DNA of 64,000 bases from a virus, in IMG/VR virus record IMGVR_UViG_3300027712_000018. One strand, given 5' to 3'. Position numbers and translations under genes: made by a program. The notes under the pieces are model-generated. The model was given only the letters and a program-made list of their open reading frames with translations, did not search any database and had not been told where the DNA came from. Shown here piece after piece: positions 24,102 to 34,999 of the stretch (positions are counted from its first letter, which is position 1; each line of letters begins with the position of its first letter).

Positions 24102-24629
24102 TTAGGAATCAGCTACTACTGAGTCGTCAGCCGCATCGCCTGCAACAGCAGCGGTGACATCCATGGCAACGAGTAACTCAGTCTTATAACGTGTGACACT
24201 CTGAGCGTCAGTGTAAGTTCTAATTCTCCACCAGCCCGAACCATTGATACCAATCGCTTTGTTAGCAGCAACATTTGCCTCTGTCTCGTCAACAAAGTAT
24301 ACCTGTTCAAGAGCAGCTTTACCCGATGGTTGGTTCGAATCCCAATACACATACTTTGGTGTCTTTTGGACTCTGACAGTCGTTGAAGAAACTGTAAGAG
24401 ATGTGTTGGTAGTTCCACTGAATACGTCACCCAAAGTGATTTGGGTTGTGTTAGCGATTGCTGCAACGTAGTTCTTGGTGGTGGTTCCTGACGTAATGAT
24501 GATTGTGTCGCCGACTTTGAAATCGGTGTCAAATGTTGTACCAGTTCCAGTTACAGTAGCGCTGCTGTTAGTAACACTGATAGACGTACCAGTGATGTTA
24601 GCGGCGTCGATATTTCCCCATAGTGCCAT
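24102..24629 (-). CDS. probable virion structural or decoration protein
   Basis: MALWG start, Thr-rich beta segment, GWW...RYKTELLVAM. Confidence 0.6.
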   Translation of the reverse strand: MALWGNIDAANITGTSISVTNSSATVTGTGTTFDTDFKVGDTIIITSGTTTKNYVAAIANTTQITLGDVFSGTTNTSLTVSSTTVRVQKTPKYVYWDSNQPSGKAALEQVYFVDETEANVAANKAIGINGSGWWRIRTYTDAQSVTRYKTELLVAMDVTAAVAGDAADDSVVADS

Positions 24630-24653
24630 TTGTTGTTCTCCTTATGCTTTGGG

Positions 24654-26525
24654 TTAGTTAAATAGTTTGTTGAATTCGGCAGACTTGACACGTTGTGGCT
24701 TAACATCATATGGAGTAGTCGTGTTTGTGTTTGCGGTGACGTTTGACTTGGTTGACTTGACTGTAGCATCCTTAGCGACAGAACTGGTCTCTTCATTTTG
24801 ATACAACCACGATTCGGAAACTTCAACATAATACTTTCCACTAAGAGGACTGTGCTTTACAGTACCACCGTTCTTAGCAGCAAAGTTTGTCGCCTGTGTT
24901 TTGTTTGCAAAGACTTTATTGAATTTCTTCGAATTGTCCTTGGCATCAGATTCGGTCTCTTCTTTCATCTTCTTCTTCGCAATCGCTATAGCAGCTTGTT
25001 GTGCAGGATTTGCGGCTTCCTCTTTCATCTTTCTCTTCATCATGTCATCATAGATCTTTTGCTTTTCTGGATCTTTCATGTTGCCAGTCTTTGGATCAAT
25101 CAACTTAGCAAGGTGTGGAGGTAATGAAGATTCTTCTTTAGCATGAACTTTTACGTTAGAATTGCCTCGTATTTTGTCGATTGCCATGTCAGCACCTGTT
25201 TCACGCTTGTTAGCACGTGTGATAAGTGGGCGAGCTGTGGATCGGTCTGTTGATCCAATAATTTTTCTCAAACTGGTGCTGCCATCCTTTGTAGCTCTGT
25301 TAGCATAACGACCAAGAAGTTCTGGTGACAATTCGTTAAGTGCTTCTAGTTCTTCTTTGATGCTATGTTCGCCTTTTGGAAGACGACCAACAACTTTACC
25401 ATTGTTATGAACAACGAAATCACCATTGTTAGCAACCGCAGAAGTATATGGGTGATCCTTTGGTAGTCTTGTCTTACCAAGTGCCTTCAACATATGCTGA
25501 TGATAGATGTCAGTCTTGGCTTCATCAAGATCGACTTCCTCTTTCATCTTCTTCTTTGGAACTTTACTAGAGTAGGTATTCAATTCGAAAGGCTTGTTAC
25601 CACCCTTGTTGTAGACTTGAATGTGAATCATATGTGGATTTCCTGATTTATCGGTAGCAGGAATGTTATGACTTACGGTGTTACCTTCACTTGGTTTGCG
25701 AGGGCCAGATGCGATGTGAGTGTCACGATCTTCATCACTTACCGACAGATGTCCATGGTGGTCAAGAGCGGTGTTAATCGCACTGGTGTAAGATGGGTGG
25801 TAAGTCTCATACGATTCGTCTAGTTCGAAAGATTCGGTCATCTTTTTAAGTTCACGCTGTGCGTCCTGCATCATAGACTTGGCGTATGTTTTGTAACTTG
25901 CGGGATTTTCGCCCATATCTTCGATTTCTTTGTTCGAAGCCATACCTACGTAGTGCCAGTAGTTTACGTTACCCTGCGCCTCTTTTTTATTAGTAGGCTT
26001 TTTTGTATATTTGAATGGGTTATTGCTGTGACTTGGATCATCTTTAAGTGAAACTGCTTCGTTGTAGTGATTGCCAATTTCAACTCGTCTTGAAACGGCG
26101 TTGACTTTAGCACCACCGTGTCCAGTTGCCTTTTTGACAGCCAGTTGCATAGCAGATGAAGCTTGCTTTCTTTTTTCAATTGGGAGTTTGGTGTTGTCTG
26201 CTTTATTAGCAAAACCGTGTGCCGCTCTGGTCGCCAAATCCTTAGAGATTTCGTCTAGGTGTTCGGTTTCTTCGTTGTGAGGTGTGTATGTATGTGGCAT
26301 ACCTTTGTTCTTATCGTGTTTAACGTAGACACCACCGTTGTCAGAATGAAGGACGCTATGTCCCTTGTTTTTTTCCATAAAGTCGTTTGCAGTTTCTTTA
26401 CTGTCAAAACGTTTTACTTTCTTATACTTTTTACCATCATGGATGATACTGACGCTAGCACCATTACCACCTGACATCTCAGTCAAGTTGTCTAGTGCTC
26501 TGAATAGGGATTCTCTAAGGTTCAT
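24654..26525 (-). CDS. probable internal head polyprotein
   Basis: modules separated by L/M-x-E motifs (LDEI, LDES, LDEA, LNEL, MKEE). Confidence 0.6.
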   Translation of the reverse strand: MNLRESLFRALDNLTEMSGGNGASVSIIHDGKKYKKVKRFDSKETANDFMEKNKGHSVLHSDNGGVYVKHDKNKGMPHTYTPHNEETEHLDEISKDLATRAAHGFANKADNTKLPIEKRKQASSAMQLAVKKATGHGGAKVNAVSRRVEIGNHYNEAVSLKDDPSHSNNPFKYTKKPTNKKEAQGNVNYWHYVGMASNKEIEDMGENPASYKTYAKSMMQDAQRELKKMTESFELDESYETYHPSYTSAINTALDHHGHLSVSDEDRDTHIASGPRKPSEGNTVSHNIPATDKSGNPHMIHIQVYNKGGNKPFELNTYSSKVPKKKMKEEVDLDEAKTDIYHQHMLKALGKTRLPKDHPYTSAVANNGDFVVHNNGKVVGRLPKGEHSIKEELEALNELSPELLGRYANRATKDGSTSLRKIIGSTDRSTARPLITRANKRETGADMAIDKIRGNSNVKVHAKEESSLPPHLAKLIDPKTGNMKDPEKQKIYDDMMKRKMKEEAANPAQQAAIAIAKKKMKEETESDAKDNSKKFNKVFANKTQATNFAAKNGGTVKHSPLSGKYYVEVSESWLYQNEETSSVAKDATVKSTKSNVTANTNTTTPYDVKPQRVKSAEFNKLFN

Positions 26526-26557
26526 GGGGTTCCTCCAATGTTTCTTTAATGTATTTA

Positions 26558-26926
26558 TTAGTTATCTACTTTGGCCCCAGCACGCCATTGTCTGCACGAC
26601 CAATAGTTTGCTTTCCATTTTGGACCGGGATTGTCGCAGTTATGACGTGCTCTGTATGAAGCTCTTCTGTCAGGATCATCACGTTTGATTTCCATATTCG
26701 GATCTCCGAATCGAACCACTACAATGTTACCTTGATCGTTCTTGACATAGACCTTGAACTTGTGAGTTGGACTCTCCGAAGTTCTCATAGGGTCATTAAG
26801 CTTTACACTCTTCCCTTCGAACTCAGCGTTCTCAATTACAAGTTCCTCGTTGATGTCGTCACATTGGCCGCAGCAGTTTGGACTGCCGCAGTTCGGATGT
26901 TCGAGAAACATTTTAAAGTTTTTCAT
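26558..26926 (-). CDS. hypothetical virion protein
   Basis: KFKVYV...VRFGDPNM...RASYRARHNC...ANYWSC motif. Confidence 0.7.
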   Translation of the reverse strand: MKNFKMFLEHPNCGSPNCCGQCDDINEELVIENAEFEGKSVKLNDPMRTSESPTHKFKVYVKNDQGNIVVVRFGDPNMEIKRDDPDRRASYRARHNCDNPGPKWKANYWSCRQWRAGAKVDN

Positions 26927-27327
26927 TCGTCGTCTTCCTCATCTTCTGCGTCTTCACCAGTTAGGTAGTCGGAAACTGTTGAGATGTAATCCGCAGCAAG
27001 AGTGATCTTGGTTTGAAGCCATTCAGGAAGGTTGGTGTCGTCTTCCATCATAGAGATAACATACTTAGCGTCTTCAATCATTGCATAGAGTTGTGACTTG
27101 GCCATTTCACCTTCGAAGTCGTACTCTCTTTCATCATCCTCGGCCGACTCTTTGACTGACTTTGAGTTGATGAAGTCTTGCTTGGTTGGAGCGCCTTCTG
27201 ATCCCGGTTTACGCATACGCTCTTTAGAACCATTCTTGATTCTCTCTTGCTTGGCGTGAATGTTATCCCATAGACCTCTTTTCTCTTCAAGATATGTTTC
27301 TTTAATGATTTGTGATAAAGTTTTCAT
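26923..27327 (-). CDS. probable internal head protein
   Basis: GLWDNIHAK..RIK.GS.E.MRKPGS.GAP; EGEMAKSQL; LPEW.Q.KIT.A.DY motifs. Confidence 0.65.
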   Translation of the reverse strand: MKTLSQIIKETYLEEKRGLWDNIHAKQERIKNGSKERMRKPGSEGAPTKQDFINSKSVKESAEDDEREYDFEGEMAKSQLYAMIEDAKYVISMMEDDTNLPEWLQTKITLAADYISTVSDYLTGEDAEDEEDDE

Positions 27328-27339
27328 CTGATTATCCTA

Positions 27340-27963
27340 TTAGTTTTTTAAAGTTGCAAGGTTATGTTCATAATGTGACTTACGATCTTCTAAACCAATT
27401 GTACCACCGTTGATAAGCTTAGTCATTTTGGTAATATCGTTTGCATCACAAGTTTCGTTCAGTTTACGGGTTGCCCAATACCAGCAGGCCGACTCTAAAG
27501 CGCCATCAATGGTCGTAACATATGCAACGGTCTCGTCAGCAGTTTTATTGATAGACTTACCAAACTTAGTGTAGTTTTCTTTGCCTGTTAACTGAATGAT
27601 ACCACGACCACGAAACTTGTAACCATCACCCGAAGCCGTATCACCGTTACCCATACGTGAAGCGTAGATCACGTTAGCAATCTTCTCAGGTTGGTTGGCA
27701 TAGTCTGCCGCATTCCGACCCGCCTTTGAAAAGTATTTTGAAAACAACTTTTCCAAAGTCTCTGCTTTGTAGTGTAGGTTCTCTTCTAGCACGGTGAAGT
27801 TTAACGACTCATGGCCACACTGAGCAACAAAACCCGCAATACGGTTTGGTGTGTCGATTCCATACTTAGGAAGGATCTTGACCATAGCCGTATACCAAGC
27901 ATCTACGTTCTTGTTACCTTTTAGCATCTCTGCTACGTGTTCTTTTTTCAGTTCAAATCCCAT
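27340..27963 (-). CDS. GH19 (chitinase-like) endolysin
   Basis: AQCGHES, EENL, GDGYKFRGRGIIQLTG..NY, INGG..GL.DR. Confidence 0.9.
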   Translation of the reverse strand: MGFELKKEHVAEMLKGNKNVDAWYTAMVKILPKYGIDTPNRIAGFVAQCGHESLNFTVLEENLHYKAETLEKLFSKYFSKAGRNAADYANQPEKIANVIYASRMGNGDTASGDGYKFRGRGIIQLTGKENYTKFGKSINKTADETVAYVTTIDGALESACWYWATRKLNETCDANDITKMTKLINGGTIGLEDRKSHYEHNLATLKN

Positions 27964-27972
27964 TTTGTTTCC

Positions 27973-30945
27973 TCAGTACTGAATGACTTTGTTTGGTGTA
28001 GTGAAGTTTTTCTTACGCATGATTGTCTTAAACGTCACTTCCACCTCACCATTCTTATAGTCAATAATTACAGGCATGTTCAAAGCTTTCTGTGCGTCTT
28101 TAATAACCGCTTCGATTCCTCTGTTACCCTTGATCTTAGCGCCTTGGTTAGCATAGACTTTGCGGAAAAACTCTTTCAATTCTTTGGTAGTGATACATGG
28201 AACGTTACGATCATCCGACATACGATCCCCGAAGTGTTTTGTAAATTCAACATCTATCTTATACTTAGACAACAGATCGTCAGCAAACTTCTCAAGTTCA
28301 CGTATGTCGGCCTTTGAGATAAGAGCGCAGTGAGCATCCTCATCATCCTCTTCTTCGTTGAGGAAGTTCTCAAACGCCTCGTTTACTTTATATCCGGGAG
28401 TTTTTTTTTTCAAATTCTTGGTTAGTTCAGGAGTTCCCCAAAAGCCAGCGCCGTGTTCTTCTTTAACTGACTTCTGCGACTTGATCCACTCTTGTGCAAT
28501 ATGTGATGATGGTGCAGATTTTGACCAAGCACTAACCTTACGATAGACTGATAGGACTTGAGATTCGTAATCGGATCCTTCAGAGTTATCAATGATGAAC
28601 ATGTTCTTGCCAAAGAAGCTTTGGAATTTGCCAATGTTTTGTTGGACACCGTTCCACATCTTTTCAACTTCAGATGCGGCAAGAGTTCTTGCTCTCATCT
28701 TGTTACGGGTTTGTGAAGTCTCAATAGAAGAGTTCACGAAGATCATTGCCACATCGTACCCCAATGCACGAAGTTTGGCAGACTGTTTTTCGATCTTATT
28801 GTAGTCTTTACCTGTACCGTCGATCACCAAACCTAGGCGACCGTTGATAGCTTGTTGCATCTTCTTGTCGGTGAGTAGTTTTGCACCTTCACGGGTTGAC
28901 TGACCTAGTTCTGAATAAATGTCTTCAGGAGTTGCTTTAAGACCCACTTTACCCAACGCTATCTCAAAGATGTCATCTGAGTTAATCGTTTTGAAACCAA
29001 GTGCAGATAGAGCAGTCTTACCGACGATAAATGACTTACCTGATCCTGGACCACCCGCAAGGAACACCACTTTAAAAATAGCAGGGTCATTGACACCTTC
29101 TTCGATATACTGTTTAAAGCTTTTAAAACCTTCAATGTTAAGTGCCACAGGATGTTCCTTGTATTTTTTTGTTTCCGTTACTGATTTATCTTGTTTTCTA
29201 GTTAACTCATAAACTACGAAATCATTGAATGGTTTCTCTTTAGACTCGTAACCTGAACTGTTTGCAAATCGTTTGACCATAGCGCTGTAGAGTTTTGTCC
29301 TACTACTCGTAGTTTCAGTTTCTTCTTTACGAGCAGAAAATTGTATAAATTTTGGTCGCATTAGATTAATAAAATCTTTTGCGATGTCAATTACGGTTGC
29401 GAATATTTTAAATTGATCGCCCTTACCAGTAACTGATTGTTTACCGTTTCTGGCGAATGACAATTCCCATTTTCCGGCACTTTTGGCACCATCAACAGAG
29501 AAAACCACATCAACATCAGCAAAATTTGCTGCCCACATCCGACCCTCAATGCGATAGCCCCATCTCCAAGGATATGGTTGATCAAACGCTTCGGCGATAT
29601 AGTTATTTACTTTGTTAAATGCGTTTTGTTGTGGGCTTAGATTACCATACGACTCGTCAAGTCCTTCACTGTAGACCTGACGCAGTTCGTCAAAGTCGAT
29701 ACCGGATTCTTCTGATTTCTTGTGAAGTGACTTGAGATCTTTGCTCTCTTGTAGTTTGTATGATTCAAATGTCTCGTCGATAAGTTCCAACAGACCTTCG
29801 TCGTTGTCAAGCATCTCTGCCACTTTTTTGTTGATCTTAAAACGACGATCAAACTTGACACGATGGTCTTTGGTATATAAGGTGTGTGGTCTTGTGCCTT
29901 CTAAGAACGTTTCGAACTCTTCGTTGACCTTCTTCGTCGCCTTTACGGGAACCGCCGTGGCCGCACCAGAATTAACGTGTTGGAATCGAACCATTTCGGC
30001 TTTACGAACCGATGGAAGTAATCTCATTGCAATCTTGGTGATTGACTTTTTTCTTTTCTCTACAAGCTTATCAATCTGAATCTTCTCAGATGGTGACAGG
30101 TCATGATAGTTCACACCCTTGTCACCAGCAACTCTTTTACGAATAGACATGATTGCTTTTTTGCGAGCACGAGCGATCAATTTCTGATTACCCGCCATAC
30201 GCTTCATTGCTCTTGCACGAGCGGCAGCGATTCTTGGTTCGTTACGGCGCAAGCTTGCGGCACGTTTAAGTCTCTGTGCGATGGACAAAACGCCTTCTTC
30301 AAGCTCAAGACCCTCTGATACACGCATACCCGCACGAACGAGTTTGTAAACATCGTCGGCGTGTGCCTGTAGTTTGGTTGGAAGTCCCTTCTTGAATGTT
30401 GCTTCGTCACCAGATAAAGCCAGCGCTCTCATCTTGGAAGCAGACATGCCTGTCACGTCTTCGGCATCAGGATCACGTTCTCCTGCCGATACGACTTGAA
30501 TAGAATCAAAGTGGTAGTCCTTACCGTTGTACTTGTTCAAAAGAGTTTCGAACTCAGTGATACGGTCTTGACCAGCAACTAGGACAATGTTTTTATAATG
30601 GGATTGTAGTTCTTTCATCACTTCAATGATGGTCTTAGCACCAGATTTGAAGATGATATTACCAAAGGCCAAATGAGCCAACTCGACCTTATCGTCGTAA
30701 GAGAGTGGATTCTTCTTGGGATCTTGGGAGTGGGTTAGGAAAATCTTTGGGTCAGCTTTTGACTTACGAGATACCTCTAACACCTTATTGACAAGTTTTT
30801 CATGTCCAGTAGTAATTGGGTTCATTCTACCCCAAGCGATTACAGCAGTCTTGCCTACCGCTTCTTTAATCACGGGATTAATTTCAACTCTATTTTTCAC
30901 GAGTTCTTTTTCAGCCTTGGGATCAGGCTTCTTCTTGATTTCCAT
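27973..30945 (-). CDS. multidomain protein: cytidylyltransferase-like NTase, zeta-toxin-like P-loop kinase and extra modules
   Basis: GRMNPITTGHEKL, SASKMR; FLAGGPGSGKS, INSDD, VIDGTG. Confidence 0.75.
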   Translation of the reverse strand: MEIKKKPDPKAEKELVKNRVEINPVIKEAVGKTAVIAWGRMNPITTGHEKLVNKVLEVSRKSKADPKIFLTHSQDPKKNPLSYDDKVELAHLAFGNIIFKSGAKTIIEVMKELQSHYKNIVLVAGQDRITEFETLLNKYNGKDYHFDSIQVVSAGERDPDAEDVTGMSASKMRALALSGDEATFKKGLPTKLQAHADDVYKLVRAGMRVSEGLELEEGVLSIAQRLKRAASLRRNEPRIAAARARAMKRMAGNQKLIARARKKAIMSIRKRVAGDKGVNYHDLSPSEKIQIDKLVEKRKKSITKIAMRLLPSVRKAEMVRFQHVNSGAATAVPVKATKKVNEEFETFLEGTRPHTLYTKDHRVKFDRRFKINKKVAEMLDNDEGLLELIDETFESYKLQESKDLKSLHKKSEESGIDFDELRQVYSEGLDESYGNLSPQQNAFNKVNNYIAEAFDQPYPWRWGYRIEGRMWAANFADVDVVFSVDGAKSAGKWELSFARNGKQSVTGKGDQFKIFATVIDIAKDFINLMRPKFIQFSARKEETETTSSRTKLYSAMVKRFANSSGYESKEKPFNDFVVYELTRKQDKSVTETKKYKEHPVALNIEGFKSFKQYIEEGVNDPAIFKVVFLAGGPGSGKSFIVGKTALSALGFKTINSDDIFEIALGKVGLKATPEDIYSELGQSTREGAKLLTDKKMQQAINGRLGLVIDGTGKDYNKIEKQSAKLRALGYDVAMIFVNSSIETSQTRNKMRARTLAASEVEKMWNGVQQNIGKFQSFFGKNMFIIDNSEGSDYESQVLSVYRKVSAWSKSAPSSHIAQEWIKSQKSVKEEHGAGFWGTPELTKNLKKKTPGYKVNEAFENFLNEEEDDEDAHCALISKADIRELEKFADDLLSKYKIDVEFTKHFGDRMSDDRNVPCITTKELKEFFRKVYANQGAKIKGNRGIEAVIKDAQKALNMPVIIDYKNGEVEVTFKTIMRKKNFTTPNKVIQY

Positions 30946-31049
30946 ATTATCTCCTATTGTAGGTTTACCTTAGCCTCACTACATTAGTAGTATTTATAAA
31001 AAAGAAAAGCGGGCATTAAGCCCGCCTTTTAACAAAATCTGTATATGGA

Positions 31050-31256
31050 TTATGCAGACATCTTTGCGTTTTGTTCTGCGATTTCGTAAATATCTGCACG
31101 ACTAAGTCCGATGTCAGATAGTTCACGGTCAGTCAACGCATCAAGTTCTCTAATGGTTGATCTAATCTCGGCCATTTTGGCATTGTATTTCATAAGACCT
31201 TCGACAAAGTTATAGACCTTGGCGAAAAATGATTGTGGTTGGACGAACGTATTCAT
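31050..31256 (-). CDS. DUF1127 (YjiS-like) small protein
   Basis: RELDALTDRELSDIGLSRADI. Confidence 0.85.
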   Translation of the reverse strand: MNTFVQPQSFFAKVYNFVEGLMKYNAKMAEIRSTIRELDALTDRELSDIGLSRADIYEIAEQNAKMSA

Positions 31257-31354
31257 TTTTACCTCTGTGATATGTGTGAGTTACTGTTGTAACTACTCAT
31301 ATTTATCACAAGATTAGGTAAACAGTGTTGACATTATTGCATACCCGATATTAC

Positions 31355-31963
31355 TTAAGAGTAGACCGCCATGTCTACTGCAATCCAAAGATCTAGCTTT
31401 GTCGCACTATCTAACCTCATAACACAAAGTGTCATTGTACGTCCATTGGCTACTAAACTCAAATCTGCAATATCGCTTTCGGCAGATGAGTTTTTACCAA
31501 TAATGATACCAGCATGACGATTGGTGCCACCAGTAAAACCATTTGGTGTATTTGAACCATACGCATCTGTATAAAACAGATATTCTACGTCCGAATTCAA
31601 ACTAGTCCAAGATGGAACAGTTCCGGTTATAGTGGCATTTTCGACCCAAACATAACCAACGGTGCTCGCACTTGCATTGTTATTACCAAGATCGTAATTA
31701 AGTATTTTTGAGGTTTTGGTTGATGTAGTTTTTGATCTGACACTAAACATAGGAATGAGTGTATCACTCATTGTCCATCCACGATGTGAGAATGTTCCGA
31801 AATTGCTAAAACTGTATAGGTCTGGCAACGTTTCCGAAAGAGTGACAGGAAGGGGGTGTGTAGCATCAACAATTTGTCCGTTAGCAGATGCTAACATCTG
31901 AACTTCAAATAATGTCTTACTGTCGCCTAAAAATTGTTGAGTATTCTTATTAAATTGGGCCAT
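31355..31963 (-). CDS. hypothetical protein, possibly structural
   Basis: ORF in a late-gene run; start placed at MAQFN. Confidence 0.55.
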   Translation of the reverse strand: MAQFNKNTQQFLGDSKTLFEVQMLASANGQIVDATHPLPVTLSETLPDLYSFSNFGTFSHRGWTMSDTLIPMFSVRSKTTSTKTSKILNYDLGNNNASASTVGYVWVENATITGTVPSWTSLNSDVEYLFYTDAYGSNTPNGFTGGTNRHAGIIIGKNSSAESDIADLSLVANGRTMTLCVMRLDSATKLDLWIAVDMAVYS

Positions 31964-33192
31964 TAGCGTTGCCATCCTTTAATTGTATCTGGTGAAAAGT
32001 TTGCGTGAGAGAATTGAAGTCTATCAATCAGTTTCACGGCGTTCTTACCTATGTGATCAATAGCAACAAAGCCTTCTTGTTCGGTCACCTTGTAACCGTC
32101 CGCAGTTCGAAGGAAGGTTCCAATCTGTTTAGCTTTATCTAGCTTCCGTACAATGATAAGTTTCGCATCAACGATAAGGTTGTACATATCAAACATAGCC
32201 ACGATTTGGGCCTTATCAGTGTTAGCGAAATACTTCATTGCTTCTTTTGCTTTGGTTTCTGCCTTAGACTTACCCGCATCAGTTTTAAGTTTGTCAACTT
32301 CTTTTCTATAATAACCAGTGAGATTAGTGACAAGATCGTCAACAAATTTATGAGCATCGCCAATTCTTTGTCCTTCTCTTACTTTACTATTGATGAATAC
32401 GTTTACACGGTTTAACAAGTCTTCGTTGTGGGAGATACCGTCTATCGTAGCTCTGTGTAGTCCAGAGAAGATCTTACCAGCTTTGGATAGGATTTCAGTT
32501 ACCTGTGCCGTCTCAACTTCAGTCATGGTTGCTGAACCAGTGACATCACGATAGACAGCATCTACCGACCAGACGTTTCTTGACTTGGGGAACTTGCTTG
32601 CAATCTCCTCTCCAAAAGTCGCTGACATTGTTTCAAAAGATTCTCCTCTGTATGTAGTGTGCCAGACCACACCGATTCGGGAGGCAAGGATCTGTTTAGC
32701 AAGTCCGCTGTTCTTTGGTATCGCATAAACAATCGTATTAGGATGGAAAGTAATATACTGTTCTCCATCAATTGTAACTTCTTTGATATCCTCTTTAGCA
32801 TATAAAAAATCACCCTGTACAACGCCCGTGATACCAAGTTCAGGTAGGTAGTCAAGAGCCAATTTCAATTTCACAGATAGATCACCTGAAGTGTCGGCGT
32901 CAACATCTGCATGTGTCTTATACACCTTGGGGTCTTTGTTAAAGATGCCCTTCTTGGCGACAAAGAACTTGCCGTCAGTGGGGTCAGTACCCGCAAAGAT
33001 GGCAGGAGCGCCATCCCATTTGACGGTCACGTTCACTTTGTTTGTGGCCTTACCAGCCAACATATCACGAAGAGCTCGAAGGAAGTTAATGGCATCACGT
33101 GCGCCTTCGACTCCACCCAACAGGATAGAATCCTCAATGTGGGTCATATGAGTGTTCTTAGCTTCTTCTAGATACGTTGTGAATTTTTTCAT
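31963..33192 (-). CDS. T4-like protein with nucleotidyltransferase-like motifs
   Basis: HMTHIED, TVKWDGAPA, QGDFLY, EGFVA, KLIDR. Confidence 0.7.
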   Translation of the reverse strand: MKKFTTYLEEAKNTHMTHIEDSILLGGVEGARDAINFLRALRDMLAGKATNKVNVTVKWDGAPAIFAGTDPTDGKFFVAKKGIFNKDPKVYKTHADVDADTSGDLSVKLKLALDYLPELGITGVVQGDFLYAKEDIKEVTIDGEQYITFHPNTIVYAIPKNSGLAKQILASRIGVVWHTTYRGESFETMSATFGEEIASKFPKSRNVWSVDAVYRDVTGSATMTEVETAQVTEILSKAGKIFSGLHRATIDGISHNEDLLNRVNVFINSKVREGQRIGDAHKFVDDLVTNLTGYYRKEVDKLKTDAGKSKAETKAKEAMKYFANTDKAQIVAMFDMYNLIVDAKLIIVRKLDKAKQIGTFLRTADGYKVTEQEGFVAIDHIGKNAVKLIDRLQFSHANFSPDTIKGWQR

Positions 33193-33929
33193 TCGAATGG
33201 GTTCTTTTTGTTGGTTCCAGATTTCACTGAGTATGTGCTATCAGGCATAGATTTGATTTTGATTTCTGCTTGAACTTCGTAAAATTGTGATCTAGTGGAA
33301 ACTCTAACTTTAAAGTCACCATTTCCTTTTAGTATTGGAATATTACTAGGCAATTTTAGGGGGTTCTTACTAGATATCATATAGAAATCGTTGTTAGCTT
33401 GCATATAATATGCGGGCTCTTTTTTACCCATAGTATAGTGTTTTGTTACCAACTCGCCGATTGGGTAATTCTCTCTGTTATGTATATACCTATTGACACC
33501 AGATTGACTAAAGTATGATTTCATAATGTGCAGTGGAACCGCACCTGATTCTTTCAGTCCTGATATGGTGGTTGGAATCTTTATGACATCTTCAGGTATG
33601 CCCGAAAACTTGGAAATGGCAGTGATGAACTTTGCAGCATCTGGCGAATCGTTCAACATTTTTACAGCTTCTTGAGCAGCGGGTGTTTCGTATGTCGTCT
33701 GCCATTTTTTATCTTTGTAAAACACTCTAGGGTTTGCTAGGTTATCGGTATGATTCATTTTCACTTCAACCCAAACCCTATTCGTAAGTTTGCTGTTATT
33801 GTGTTCGACTATTGCTACATCCGATAATTGAGTAGCAGCAGGAGGTCTCTCCGCTTTCATGCCAGAAATTAGATTGATAGAATCCATAATGGCCTTTTCA
33901 AATTTATCTGAAGCTACACTCATATTCAT
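33189..33929 (-). CDS. putative PD-(D/E)xK nuclease-like protein
   Basis: FE...SDV...WVEVK pattern. Confidence 0.45.
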   Translation of the reverse strand: MNMSVASDKFEKAIMDSINLISGMKAERPPAATQLSDVAIVEHNNSKLTNRVWVEVKMNHTDNLANPRVFYKDKKWQTTYETPAAQEAVKMLNDSPDAAKFITAISKFSGIPEDVIKIPTTISGLKESGAVPLHIMKSYFSQSGVNRYIHNRENYPIGELVTKHYTMGKKEPAYYMQANNDFYMISSKNPLKLPSNIPILKGNGDFKVRVSTRSQFYEVQAEIKIKSMPDSTYSVKSGTNKKNPFE

Positions 33930-34191
33930 TTCCTTTATCTATTATAGTATTTATAAACAAAAAAGACGCCGAAGCGCCTTTAAAGTCCTAGGATGCGGGA
34001 GGTTTCTTTTCGGTCGTCTATCAGTTCACCACCACCAGCGAAGTACTCTGACAGTTGTTCAAAGTAGAATGCCGACTCAGTGTGACCCTCACCCTCAAGA
34101 AGCTTCTGGCACGTTTCCATGAAGTTCTTGAGCCGCATCATCGTGTTACTGTCACCTAGTGCAGCACGATGTGTTTTGCCAGCTCGTTGGT

Positions 34192-34461
34192 TCATTTTGC
34201 ACTCACTTTCCGAAGAGCGAAGTCTTGCGTCTTGTGACACATCACATCAGTGTAAAACTCGACGATACCATGGTTGTAGACACCGTTCTTGGCGAGATAG
34301 AAGTTGAATTCATCTTTCAACAGATCCGCACCCATTCCTCGAATGTCGAAGTCAAACGCTTCGAAGTCCCATTCAAGGGCCTCTTTCATAGTGCAGCTGT
34401 TGTCTTCCATCATATCTAGGATACGATCAGCGAACACCTTTTCAGTCTTGGACATATTCAT
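34192..34461 (-). CDS. hypothetical protein
   Basis: ATGA overlap with the upstream gene. Confidence 0.55.
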   Translation of the reverse strand: MNMSKTEKVFADRILDMMEDNSCTMKEALEWDFEAFDFDIRGMGADLLKDEFNFYLAKNGVYNHGIVEFYTDVMCHKTQDFALRKVSAK

Positions 34462-34703
34462 GCGAACACCTTATTGATTACGATTTCACCATACTCACCA
34501 TAGTGGAAGTCACCAGCCTCGAACAAAGCGGCGACTAGAGTAGCCGTTACTTCTTCTTTGTACCAATGACGGTCAATGTAGTAATTTAGGTCAATCTGTT
34601 CGGGTGCATCGTAGAACGATACAGACCACGACCAATCCTCAACCTTACCACGGCCATCACGGCGAACCTCGGCCCATTCTTTATCGACGACAGCTTTAAG
34701 CAT
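34458..34703 (-). CDS. hypothetical protein
   Basis: GAGGA RBS; TTGACA promoter upstream. Confidence 0.6.
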   Translation of the reverse strand: MLKAVVDKEWAEVRRDGRGKVEDWSWSVSFYDAPEQIDLNYYIDRHWYKEEVTATLVAALFEAGDFHYGEYGEIVINKVFA

Positions 34704-34759
34704 CTCTATCTTCCTCTTCGCTTCCTACATACTTAATATAGTGCTTCTGTTGGAGGATG

Positions 34760-34948
34760 TCAAGCCCCTTTCTGATAAACTTGTTCAATAAATGAATAGG
34801 GAGCGCCTGACAGACGCATAGCAGTCAACAGCATGTGATCTTCGTCTGGTTCGGATACCCCCATCTCAAGCATCTTTGCTTCTTCAAGCGCTTCAACGAT
34901 CAGTTCATATAGAGTCTTTTCAACCATGTTCATCTCCTTGTGTATCAT
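34760..34948 (-). CDS. hypothetical protein
   Basis: AAGGAG RBS near the probable start. Confidence 0.5.
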   Translation of the reverse strand: MIHKEMNMVEKTLYELIVEALEEAKMLEMGVSEPDEDHMLLTAMRLSGAPYSFIEQVYQKGA

Positions 34949-34999
34949 AAATATTTATCACAAAACACGCACTTTGTCAAGCACTAAAGAAAAAAATCA

